From: a bacterium
GTDB lineage: Bacteria; Electryoneota; Electryoneia; Electryoneales; Electryoneaceae
NCBI GenBank assembly: GCA_963669175.1
Contig: OY769902.1
Span: forward strand, 4,480,001 to 4,544,000
DNA: 64,000 bases
Direction: 5' to 3'
Shown here: positions 29,455-38,389 of the stretch, in pieces
Layout: each line of letters begins with the position of its first letter
Position numbering within the stretch: position 1 is the first letter of the stretch
Position numbers and translations under genes: made by a program
The notes under the pieces: model-generated
What the model was told of the DNA's origin: nothing
What the model saw: only the letters and a program-made list of their open reading frames with translations
Databases searched by the model: none

Positions 29455-29705
29455 TACTATCAGCTATCCAGAACAAACCTTGCTTTTCCACTACCATGTG
29501 GATAAAACAGGGATATAATTTACAGGACAAGGCCAAAAACTTCAGCAAAGTCAAAAGAATCTAACTATCCTCAGAGTCTGTTCTTTACAACAACCAGGTC
29601 AATAGTATTTTCGTTCTTGAAAGTATAGCGGTTGCCGAAAGTTTCTGCTGATTGAATAGCCGTTAGCCTGCTTCAGCAGGCTCCTCTTAGCACCCGGCTT
29701 TAGCC

Positions 29706-30101
29706 CTGTCTCTTACCCACATCTTCTGAAAGCTGTATCAGTAAAAGAGTTGTGGACATAGCATTTTTAGAATCCCGGCGGGATTCCCTATTTTAGCATA
29801 GTGTACAGGCCGTCTGTTTGGCCTGTACACTATGTCAGGTATTCTAACGAATAATCAACCCTGGAAGGGTTGCATAATACGCGATTCATATTAGTACGTT
29901 CAATAAATACAGGAAATAACGCATTTTATATTCTATACAAACCAATTGGGTGTAAATTATACGTTATGCAACCCTTCCAGGGTTGAGATAAGGTTTGATC
30001 TTTTTCGTAGGGTAGACGCTAAACAGACAGCGTCAACCCTACGCTAAAATATACCACCCCCTCTGGGGTGGCAGAAACACGAAGATGTGAGCAAGAGACA
30101 G
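29706..30101. mobile_element. IS50-end MITE copy 3 (396 bp)
   Basis: Duplication GGCTTTAGCC at 29696-29705 and 30102-30111. Confidence 0.9.
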
Positions 30102-30266
30102 GGCTTTAGCCGGGTGAAAGGAGATAAGCGAAAATATGAGCGCGCTTTAGCGTGCTTGCATGTGACAAAGAATATGCATCTGAAAAGCACCCTGAAGGGC
30201 GCTCGATTAACTGGACATATGTTACCCATAGCTAAAGCTGTGGGCTAAGAGGAGCAGGCTAAAGCC

Positions 30267-30661
30267 CTGTCTCTTACCCACATCCTCTGAAAGCTTTTTC
30301 AGCAAAAGGATTGTGGACATCGCATTTTTAGAATCCCGGCGGGATTCCCTATTTTAGCATAGTGTACAGGCCGTCTGTTTGGCCTGTACACTATGTCAGG
30401 ATTTCTAACGAACAATCAACCCTGGAAGGGTTGCATAATGAGCAGTCAATATTAGTTTATTCAATTATTACAGGTAATAACGTAATTTATATCCTTTATA
30501 AATCAATTGGGTATCAATTATACTTTATGCAACCCTTTCAGGGTTGATATGAGGTTTGATCTTTTTCGTAGGGTAGGCGCTAAACAGACAGCGCCTACCC
30601 TACGCTAAAATATCCCACCCCCACGGGGTGGCAGAAACACGAAGATGTGAGTAAGAGACAG
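30267..30661. mobile_element. IS50-end MITE copy 4 (395 bp, diverged)
   Basis: CTGTCTCTTACCCACATCC ... AGATGTGAGTAAGAGACAG; duplication GGCTAAAGCC at 30257-30266 and 30662-30671. Confidence 0.9.
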
Positions 30662-30983
30662 GGCTAAAGCCTGCTAAACTAGCAAGTTATTTGTTCCCAT
30701 AGGATTGTAATTCATGATATGCTATTGCCGTGGAACCACTGCTTTGTTATAGATACTCAGCCAAAGGCAGCCCTGTTATCAACCTGAAACAGCAAGGACT
30801 TCCAAGAAATACTACAAGTTGTGATGAATGCGCTTAAACGTCATTCCCGCGAACCGTAGCGAAGCGACGTTTGCGGTGTGCGAAGCACAGCCGCACATAT
30901 ACTCCCTTCGAAAAACAGGAGGAGAACCCTGATCAAGTCAAGGATGACCTAACCGGAACTTACTTTCAAGATTGACTATAGCG

Positions 30984-32015
30984 TTAGTTCAATTTACTGA
31001 AAAGATAATGACTCACATACCACTCCTCACCATCGCGGAAGCGAAAAAGTTCTTCGCAGGCCATAAAGAAAAGTCTCCAGCGTTGCAGCCATTTCTTTGC
31101 CTGGTCTTTACCGTAAGTCTTCTCAAACAGGGCTATTATCTCTGTACGGTTGTTGTCCAGTTTGTCCAGCCAGGCACGGCTGGTCCTGGCGTAGTTCATA
31201 CCGTTAACCTTCCAACTGTTTTCATGTTCCAGCTCCTGGCGGAACTCGGGAAGAAGGTCATGAGATGGCATCTGTCCGCCGGTGAAAAAGTGACGAGCCA
31301 TCCAGTCGTCAGGACCGCTGTCTTCATAGGGGTAGGCATACCGGTCGTGGGTGAAAATATGGACAAAAAGCTTACCACCCGGTTTCAGCCAGCTCCCGAC
31401 TCGGGACATCAGCTCCTGGTAGTTCCGCATGTGCTCAAACATCTCCACGGATACAATCCGGTCAAAGGTTTGCCCGGGGTTGAAGTCATTCATGTCTGTT
31501 GTGCGAACCTCGATGTTTTCCAGTCCAATCATTTTAGCCCGTTTCAGGATGAACTGCTTCTGATCGCGACTGTTTGAAACTGCGAGAATGCGGCTGTTCG
31601 GGTAATGCTCAGCCATCCAGAGGGTAAGGGAACCCCATCCACAACCAAGTTCAAGAATCTCCTGGCCATCCTCCAGTTCGGCACGTTCAGACGTGAGGCG
31701 CAACATGGCCTCTTCGGAATCATCCAGTGTACGGACTTCATCCGGCCAGTACCCGCTGCTGTACTTAAGGCGTTCACCAAGCACCTTCTCGAAAAACAGG
31801 GGCGGCAATTCATAATGCTGTTCGTTTGCTTTTTCAGGTACCAGGGCTACCGGACTGGTTTTCAACTCTTCAATCCAGCGGTCACGCTGCTCGAGTGCAA
31901 TCACCTCGGTTGGAGCACCCACTTTATCCAGTGTTTTTCTGAGACGGTGACGAATCCCGATCCGAATCAGAAAGTCGGGTATTATACCCTGTTCAACCAG
32001 TGTTAAAATGCTCAT
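30984..32015 (-). CDS. CFA-synthase-like SAM-dependent methyltransferase
   Basis: ANEQHYE, LELGCGWGS, SVEMFEHM. Confidence 0.9.
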   Translation of the reverse strand: MSILTLVEQGIIPDFLIRIGIRHRLRKTLDKVGAPTEVIALEQRDRWIEELKTSPVALVPEKANEQHYELPPLFFEKVLGERLKYSSGYWPDEVRTLDDSEEAMLRLTSERAELEDGQEILELGCGWGSLTLWMAEHYPNSRILAVSNSRDQKQFILKRAKMIGLENIEVRTTDMNDFNPGQTFDRIVSVEMFEHMRNYQELMSRVGSWLKPGGKLFVHIFTHDRYAYPYEDSGPDDWMARHFFTGGQMPSHDLLPEFRQELEHENSWKVNGMNYARTSRAWLDKLDNNRTEIIALFEKTYGKDQAKKWLQRWRLFFMACEELFRFRDGEEWYVSHYLFSKLN

Positions 32016-32029
32016 TGTATCCTCTTACG

Positions 32030-33277
32030 TTAAGGTTTTTCGAATGTCAGTTGCACAGTTCCAATGTGCTTCTCCATGAAACCGGCTTCGCAGTAAGTAA
32101 GATAAAATCTCCACATCCTGATAAACCGCTCGTCAAATCCCATCCCTCGTATTTCAGGCAGGACAGTTTCAAAGGTTTGCCTCCATCGACGAAGGGTTTC
32201 CGCGTAATGCAACCCGATTTCCTCCAGGCCAGTGGGACGCAGATCGCTGTGTTTGGAAATGGTATCGAACAGATAGTTGATCGAAACCAGGTTGCCGCCG
32301 GGAAAAATGTATTTCTTGATAAAATCGACCGACTTCCGGTATCCTTCATAATGCCGGTCATTCATGGTAATCCCCTGGATTGCAATTGTACCGCCCGGTT
32401 TCAACAATCGGTTCAAGGTGCGAACAAATTCGGGAATAAAGCGGTGTCCAACCGCTTCGATCATCTCGATCGATACAATCTTGTCATAGGTTCCTTCCAG
32501 ATTACGATAGTCCTCGTTGAGAACTGTTATCCTGTCTTCCAGTTCCGCTTCCCGGATACGTTCGACTGCCAGGGCGTACTGTTCATCCGAGATTGTTGTA
32601 GTTGTCACGCGACAACCGTAATTTTTTGCGGCATGAATGGAAAAACTACCCCACCCAGTGCCTATTTCAAGCAGGTTGTCCCCCGGATGGAGATCAAGCT
32701 TACGACAGATCCGGTCCAGTTTCTCGATGGAAGCCTCTTCCATGGTGGCATCTTCCGAAAGAAAAATTCCTGAGGAATACGTCATGGTTGGATCCAACCA
32801 GAGCTGGAAAAACTCATTGCTAAGGTCGTAATGGGCACGGATATTCCGCTTGCTGCCACTGAGAGTATTTCTATTGTAAAGGTCAACCAGCTTATCCCTG
32901 AATTTCTGCAGCCCTGAAAGGGTTTTTTCAATCCCGGATGCAGCCCGGCGGTTCTGAATGAACAGGCGAAACAACCTTGTCAGATCATCACATTGCCAGT
33001 GCCCTTCAAGATACGATTCGGCTGCCCCAAGACTTCCACCAAGGGCGATGGCTCGGTAAAATGACGGATCATTCACATGGATTGTAACCTGGATCCCTTC
33101 ACTTGCATTACCAAAAACATGCCTCTCCCCATTTTCGATCAGGAGAATGCTACCCTGCTTTATTCCTGCCAGCTTGGCTGAGACCAGCGACCTGAAAAGG
33201 CCACCATTATAACGGACTGTGCCGGGTGCTGTTTTCTGTTCTCTATCCAGGACCAGGGTTCTTGTTAAATCACTCAT
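32030..33277 (-). CDS. cfa: Cyclopropane-fatty-acyl-phospholipid synthase family methyltransferase
   Basis: NIRAHYDLSN, LEIGTGWG, SIEMIEAVG, YIFPGG, YCEAGF. Confidence 0.9.
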   Translation of the reverse strand: MSDLTRTLVLDREQKTAPGTVRYNGGLFRSLVSAKLAGIKQGSILLIENGERHVFGNASEGIQVTIHVNDPSFYRAIALGGSLGAAESYLEGHWQCDDLTRLFRLFIQNRRAASGIEKTLSGLQKFRDKLVDLYNRNTLSGSKRNIRAHYDLSNEFFQLWLDPTMTYSSGIFLSEDATMEEASIEKLDRICRKLDLHPGDNLLEIGTGWGSFSIHAAKNYGCRVTTTTISDEQYALAVERIREAELEDRITVLNEDYRNLEGTYDKIVSIEMIEAVGHRFIPEFVRTLNRLLKPGGTIAIQGITMNDRHYEGYRKSVDFIKKYIFPGGNLVSINYLFDTISKHSDLRPTGLEEIGLHYAETLRRWRQTFETVLPEIRGMGFDERFIRMWRFYLTYCEAGFMEKHIGTVQLTFEKP

Positions 33278-34068
33278 ACTGCCTCCTTCTGAACCGCCAC
33301 TCTTGCACTTCCCGGATTAGGGTAATACGTGGCGCCTTTGATTTTCAACTTGAATGCCTGCCAGTAGATACCGGCGATGACCTTAATAGTCATCAATGGA
33401 TACTGCACCATGATTTTCAGCAGGTTCCCGATTGTAAAGGGTTGTGACTGCATGAAAAGCGATGCGATAAATTTTCGTTTTCCTTCTTTTCTGTTCTCGA
33501 TCTGCACATGCACATTTCGGCCTGGAAGGGAGAACTTCATGTCATACTGGTAATCCATGTCGAGAAATGGCGAAACATGAAACTCTTTATCTATCCTGAA
33601 ATGGTACATTCCCTTGTTCCGGGACAGGTTCATCCCCGGTGTAAGGATATAGGAATGCCGTTCTTTCCAGGGAGTATTCGTTATCTCAGCAACGATAGTA
33701 TCCACTGTACTATCCGTTTCATCAAAACAGTAGTAAAAAGTGACCGGGTTAAAGACATAACCGAAGGTGCGCAGATGAGTCAGCATCCTGATGGGCCCTT
33801 CAGGCAGCTTGCCCGTCGTTTCCCGGACCCGCTGACGTACTGCTGAATCGAGTGAAATCCCGGGGGCGCCGATATAATCGCTACGACGAAATTCCACCAG
33901 TGCCTTGTGGCGAGTGCTGAAGAGAAACGAATCCTTGACCAGGTGATCCAGCTCAGACAGGTCGATATAGGCCATGGAAATCCGGTAGCGGAAACTGTGA
34001 TCAATCTTTTCTGAGCGCCTGTGGGCGACAGTCCCGGTATACAGGCGGCTGTGTATCGTGTTTTCCAT
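33274..34068 (-). CDS. DUF1365 family protein
   Basis: FNPVTFYYC, EITNTPW.ERH, FHVSPF, IYWQA. Confidence 0.92.
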   Translation of the reverse strand: MENTIHSRLYTGTVAHRRSEKIDHSFRYRISMAYIDLSELDHLVKDSFLFSTRHKALVEFRRSDYIGAPGISLDSAVRQRVRETTGKLPEGPIRMLTHLRTFGYVFNPVTFYYCFDETDSTVDTIVAEITNTPWKERHSYILTPGMNLSRNKGMYHFRIDKEFHVSPFLDMDYQYDMKFSLPGRNVHVQIENRKEGKRKFIASLFMQSQPFTIGNLLKIMVQYPLMTIKVIAGIYWQAFKLKIKGATYYPNPGSARVAVQKEAV

Positions 34069-35321
34069 TACAACGATTCCTTCAGTGACTCAACAACGTC
34101 CAGCGCACTGACGACTCCATCCTCATGAAACCCGTTCCCCCAGTATGCACCGCAGAACCAGGTCCGGTTCACTCCATTGACAAGGTGCTTTTGCTGCTGG
34201 GCGGCAATGCCTTCCGAGGTGAACAGGGGATGTTCGTACCGGATAACCCTGATGATGTTGTCTGGATTGATCTCGTCGTAACGGTTGAGGGTGACATTAT
34301 AGACTTTGTTCGTATTCAACCGTTGCAGGATGTTCATATTGTAAGTCAGCGCAACGCGGCCTGACTGCTCACGGGCGATATGGTAGTTCCAGCTAGCCCA
34401 GGCAAGCTTGCGAGTCGGGAGCAGGGTCGTGTCAGTATGCAGCACCGCGATGTTTTCCTGGTAAGGAATCGCTCCCAGCAGCTTTGTCTCTATCGGGCTG
34501 GGATCAACGAGCATTTTCAAAGCCTGGTTGCTGTGCGCAGCAATGATGACTTCATCAAAATGCTGGGGTCGCTTTCCTTCAACCGTAATTTCCACGTGGG
34601 AGGGCAAACGGCGCACCGACACTACCGGGCTGTTCAGGTAAATCCTGTCAAGGAAACCGGCTGTCATCTTGTCGACATACTGCTTTGATCCGCCTACAAT
34701 CGTCTTCCACTGGGGACGATCCTTCAGATCAAGCAGGCCGTGATTCATGAAAAAACGGATATAATTCAGAGCCGGAAATAACAGCATATCTTCAGGTACA
34801 GTCGACCATATGGCAGCACCCATCGGGATGAGATATTGTTCGATGAATTCCCGGGAATAGCCCCCATCCTTCAAATAATCGCCAAGTGTTATGGAATCCT
34901 TGCCGGATTCCAACAAGTCACGAGCTTCCCTGTTGAAACGCATGATATCTTTGATCATGCGATAAAAGGAGGGCCTAATAAGGTTGCGGCGCTGTGCAAA
35001 CATTTTATTCAGCGAACCGCCATTGTATTCCAGGCCATGCACCTCGTCCTTCACACTGAAGCTCATTTCTGTCGGTTGCACTTTCACACCCAGTTCATTC
35101 ATCAGCCTGATAAAGTTCGGATACGTTTTTTCATTATGGACTATGAAGCCTGTATCAACAGGAATGATACTGCCATTTTCCTCGACCTCGATAGTGTTTG
35201 TATGACCGCCGATATATCCATTCGCTTCGAATACTGTGATTTCATGCGTACGGTGCAGCATGTAGGCTGCTGTCAACCCGGATATGCCCGTACCGATGAT
35301 TGCAATGTTTTTCTTTTCCAT
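34068..35321 (-). CDS. FAD-dependent oxidoreductase (amine-oxidase-like, cfa-cluster type)
   Basis: IAIIGTGISGL, GGHTNT, VDTGFIV, GFHEDG. Confidence 0.9.
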   Translation of the reverse strand: MEKKNIAIIGTGISGLTAAYMLHRTHEITVFEANGYIGGHTNTIEVEENGSIIPVDTGFIVHNEKTYPNFIRLMNELGVKVQPTEMSFSVKDEVHGLEYNGGSLNKMFAQRRNLIRPSFYRMIKDIMRFNREARDLLESGKDSITLGDYLKDGGYSREFIEQYLIPMGAAIWSTVPEDMLLFPALNYIRFFMNHGLLDLKDRPQWKTIVGGSKQYVDKMTAGFLDRIYLNSPVVSVRRLPSHVEITVEGKRPQHFDEVIIAAHSNQALKMLVDPSPIETKLLGAIPYQENIAVLHTDTTLLPTRKLAWASWNYHIAREQSGRVALTYNMNILQRLNTNKVYNVTLNRYDEINPDNIIRVIRYEHPLFTSEGIAAQQQKHLVNGVNRTWFCGAYWGNGFHEDGVVSALDVVESLKESL

Positions 35322-35322
35322 G

Positions 35323-35889
35323 TTATTGTCCATCCTCTTTGCTGACCTTTTCTTCACCCCAGGTTTGCAGGACGCGCTTTACCTGGCTGATATCGTAATG
35401 CTGCTGTTCCAGGCGATCCAGGATCCCACTGTAGGTATTCTCATCGATTCCCGGTTCCCTGGCCATAATCCAAAGGTACCTACGGTTGGGTACACCAATG
35501 ACTGTGTGACTGTAATCTTCTGCCAGGTCTATCACCAGGAAGTGAAAACGCAGGGGCCAGAAGAATTGGACCCGCCACTCAGCACCGGTGCCATCTTCCG
35601 GGATAAATCCACGGGCACGGAATTCCTTCCGTCTGCCATCCGGACTTTTATTGAAGAAAGTATAGGTGATATCAACATCACCATCTTCACGAAGATCATA
35701 ATGTTCTATAGCGTTAGTTGCATGTTTTTCCGCGAAAATCGGGATAAAAGCTATCACGTACCAGTCGCCCATAAAGCGATCAAGGTTTACTTCATCAACT
35801 GTTTCCAACTGGGGAAGCGATGAAGAACATCCGGAAAGCAGAATGGCAGATATCAAGAGTACCATGACTGTGAGCAGTGACCTGTTCAT
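35323..35889 (-). CDS. Bacterial lipocalin lipoprotein (Blc-like)
   Basis: Lipobox LSGC; RFMGDWYVIA; YLWIMAREP. Confidence 0.9.
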   Translation of the reverse strand: MNRSLLTVMVLLISAILLSGCSSSLPQLETVDEVNLDRFMGDWYVIAFIPIFAEKHATNAIEHYDLREDGDVDITYTFFNKSPDGRRKEFRARGFIPEDGTGAEWRVQFFWPLRFHFLVIDLAEDYSHTVIGVPNRRYLWIMAREPGIDENTYSGILDRLEQQHYDISQVKRVLQTWGEEKVSKEDGQ

Positions 35890-36659
35890 GCCTTTTTCCT
35901 CCCCATGGGCAGAAAAGAAGGGGTTTCATTCATGTACCGGCTGTATTCCGGGTTGGTTTTTTCAAGAAGCGCATCGAGCATCTTCACCCCGGATACACGG
36001 ACTAACAGGAAGTTCATGATAAGGGGACTGATCAGCGCCCACCAGGCACCGGTAGAAAGACCAATCAGACCGAATCCCCACCAGATCAAGGCTTCTCCGA
36101 AATAGTTCGGGTGACGACTGGTTGCCCATAACCCTTTGTCCAGTACCTTACCCTTGTTGGAAGAATTTTTCTTGAATTGCATCAATTGCCAGTCCGCAAC
36201 TGCCTCAAAGAAGAATCCGACAGTAAAAAGTCCGGCCCCGATCCAGGGAAAGAACTCCAACCCGGAATGAATACCACCCTCAAAGACTGCGTACAATGGC
36301 AGCGCGACAACCCACATTACTGTGCCCTGTAAGAGAAACACCTTGAAATAGCTCCTCCACCACCAAGCCTTGCCATTCTCTTCCCGCCACTTCCGGTAAC
36401 GAGCGTCTTCCGGTTTGCCGGCATTGCGAATCCCTATGTGCAGCGCCAGGCGAAGTCCCCAAACCAGGACCAGCAGTAAAACCAGAAGACGTAAAGGTGT
36501 ATGCATTCCTCCGGTCAGGTACTGAAAAATGGCAACCACTAAGAAGCCCAACCCCCAGAAAATGTCCATAATTCCGGCATCACGTTTGATCAGGCTGATC
36601 ACCCAGACCAGTGTTACGAACCCGAGAATTAATACCCCTGTATAAGCAAGTGTGTTCAT
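35886..36659 (-). CDS. DUF1295 membrane protein (steroid-reductase-like)
   Basis: D.FWG, EDARY, SRHPNYFGE. Confidence 0.92.
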   Translation of the reverse strand: MNTLAYTGVLILGFVTLVWVISLIKRDAGIMDIFWGLGFLVVAIFQYLTGGMHTPLRLLVLLLVLVWGLRLALHIGIRNAGKPEDARYRKWREENGKAWWWRSYFKVFLLQGTVMWVVALPLYAVFEGGIHSGLEFFPWIGAGLFTVGFFFEAVADWQLMQFKKNSSNKGKVLDKGLWATSRHPNYFGEALIWWGFGLIGLSTGAWWALISPLIMNFLLVRVSGVKMLDALLEKTNPEYSRYMNETPSFLPMGRKKA

Positions 36660-37360
36660 GGTCGTACCTCTGATATAACAGAATTTTCAATGTTGCCCTT
36701 GGCGGCTTCCCGCAGGACATCCTCAAAAAGACCGGCAATCCCTTTCCGGTTCACATTCTCCAGTATAAAATCCGGTATCCATCCGCCAGGATTCATGTAC
36801 AGACGATAACTGACCTGAAACTGACCATCAGCAACTGGTCTAAAAATCCAGGTCCCAGCCCCTTCATCTATCAACACTGGGGACCGATCCTTATGCACTG
36901 GGGGCAGTTCCAATCTTGCCAACTGCTCTTCGTTCAACAACACCCAGTCGGAACGAATATGTCCATCCACGCTTGAATAAGCGGGTCGCATTTCGAATAC
37001 GACATACCTGTTTTTCATCAGGGGTACTTTGTAATACTGGTATCCGTAAATATTCCCGTTTTTCATTCCAATCAGGCTGCATTCCATGGCCTTGTTACTG
37101 GTGATGATTTCATTGTAAGAAGCCACATTCTCAACCACTTGAACGATGGATTCAGGGGTTAAATCGGTCTCACTGCTTATTTCCAGGGCCTGCAGTTCAT
37201 ATCCGGGAAGAGATTTTGAACGCAGAGTAAGACCATCATCAGTAGTTGAAACCATTTCCCATCCGTTATCCGAGTGAAGTTGTGCAAGAAGATGGTTGCT
37301 TCCCAGCGCCGTTGACGATGCAAGAAGAAGAAGTACCAGTACCAGTCTACTATTCAGCAT
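36656..37360 (-). CDS. Exported START/SRPBCC-like lipid-binding protein
   Basis: Signal peptide; G.W.F...VSY...NPGGWIP..I.N tail. Confidence 0.6.
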   Translation of the reverse strand: MLNSRLVLVLLLLASSTALGSNHLLAQLHSDNGWEMVSTTDDGLTLRSKSLPGYELQALEISSETDLTPESIVQVVENVASYNEIITSNKAMECSLIGMKNGNIYGYQYYKVPLMKNRYVVFEMRPAYSSVDGHIRSDWVLLNEEQLARLELPPVHKDRSPVLIDEGAGTWIFRPVADGQFQVSYRLYMNPGGWIPDFILENVNRKGIAGLFEDVLREAAKGNIENSVISEVRP

Positions 37361-37904
37361 GATTTGCTCCTATCATCATTTTCTGAGACAGCCAGACGAT
37401 AGCAAGTACAGCAGTGCCCCAAACCGCCGCAAGGACAAGCACCGTTGTCATAGTGGGGAGATTAAAATGAAGCACACCGAATCGGACACCAGCCATATAG
37501 GAAGGTGGACCAAAAACCGCTCCAAGGATAAACGCCAACAGGTACCTTCCTTTTAACCAATTAAGCGAATGGTTGATCAATGCGGCAAAACCGGCCCACA
37601 TGGCTGTGATCCAAAGGGGAGCCAGCCAGATTGCCCCAGGCCAGCCACTGTCATATGAAATAAATCCCAAGCTGCTCTTAATACTGTCAACCCCTGTGCC
37701 CGCCAAGGCAACAAACACGATAAACAGACCTTCTTTACTGCCATATCCGAGAAATCGAAAATGGAAAAAAAGAAATCCCGCCATCATCAAGGGGCCCAGC
37801 CAGGGAATGGCATACTTGACACCCAGGACACATGCCCACCAGGCAGCGTTAAAACCAAGCGCGTTGGCTATTACCAGGGATTTGTTTGCTGTTCTATATC
37901 TCAT
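37350..37904 (-). CDS. DUF2878 membrane protein
   Basis: F...WW.CV, P.W...MW..F...NHSL.WL, G.P.SY.AG. Confidence 0.85.
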   Translation of the reverse strand: MRYRTANKSLVIANALGFNAAWWACVLGVKYAIPWLGPLMMAGFLFFHFRFLGYGSKEGLFIVFVALAGTGVDSIKSSLGFISYDSGWPGAIWLAPLWITAMWAGFAALINHSLNWLKGRYLLAFILGAVFGPPSYMAGVRFGVLHFNLPTMTTVLVLAAVWGTAVLAIVWLSQKMMIGANHAE

Positions 37905-37981
37905 GTTCCTTTTCCGGCTTTGGTTTAAAGACAGGCAAATACCCCGGGCTCTTACACCCGGGGCAGAATCCGGCATATCAA

Positions 37982-38164
37982 TCAATCTTCGGGTTTAAGG
38001 GGCATTTCGTCAAAATTGACACAGCCCTGGGCACGCAAATCGCCATTCACATCCACACCACGATCACAAACCCAGTAATTGCCATGTGCATCGACTACGG
38101 TTTCAATCGGACGAGCGCTGGGACGAACAATGCCACTACCCATGTTTGCCATGTGATTACCCAT
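37982..38164 (-). CDS. Small hypothetical protein (~60 aa), first gene of the lipid operon
   Basis: AAAGGAGA RBS before ATG 38164; just downstream of the sigma54 promoter. Confidence 0.6.
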   Translation of the reverse strand: MGNHMANMGSGIVRPSARPIETVVDAHGNYWVCDRGVDVNGDLRAQGCVNFDEMPLKPED

Positions 38165-38222
38165 TGTGTTTCTCCTTTCCAAGTTGACTTTGACTTTTTA
38201 ACCTGTCGTTGCTTCTATTATG

Positions 38223-38237
38223 GCAAGCGGTATGCCA
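38223..38237 (-). promoter_or_regulatory. Sigma54 (-24/-12) promoter
   Basis: Minus strand TGGCAT-ACCGC-TTGC; adjacent bEBP gene; TGT-N10-ACA box at 38373-38388. Confidence 0.8.
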
Positions 38238-38389
38238 ATTTTAGACATACCTAACAATTTAGTGTATACAACACACTCTATTCTTTTATTATCAAAAGTA
38301 TACAACGAAGGAAGCGATAGACTTCGAGGTTACAACCAGGAGGAGGTGACAACTAATTTTACAGTAATATGATGTCTAATATTTGACAG

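Larger units (their letters stand above)
29665..30675. repeat. REPIN-like palindromic repeat, copy 3 (two MITE insertions)
   Basis: AGCCTGCTTCAGCAGGCT ... AGCAGGCTAAAGCC[MITE]GGCTAAAGCCTGCT. Confidence 0.85.

Noticed and set aside
29665-30675. CRISPR array (conserved palindromes with variable spacers)
   Set aside because: Units are inverted and non-identical rather than tandem direct repeats, spacers are short, and no cas genes are present
30840-30950. GTCATTCCCGCGAA...GGATGAC REP-like remnant (similar at ~40328)
   Set aside because: Too degenerate to define boundaries or a family from this window
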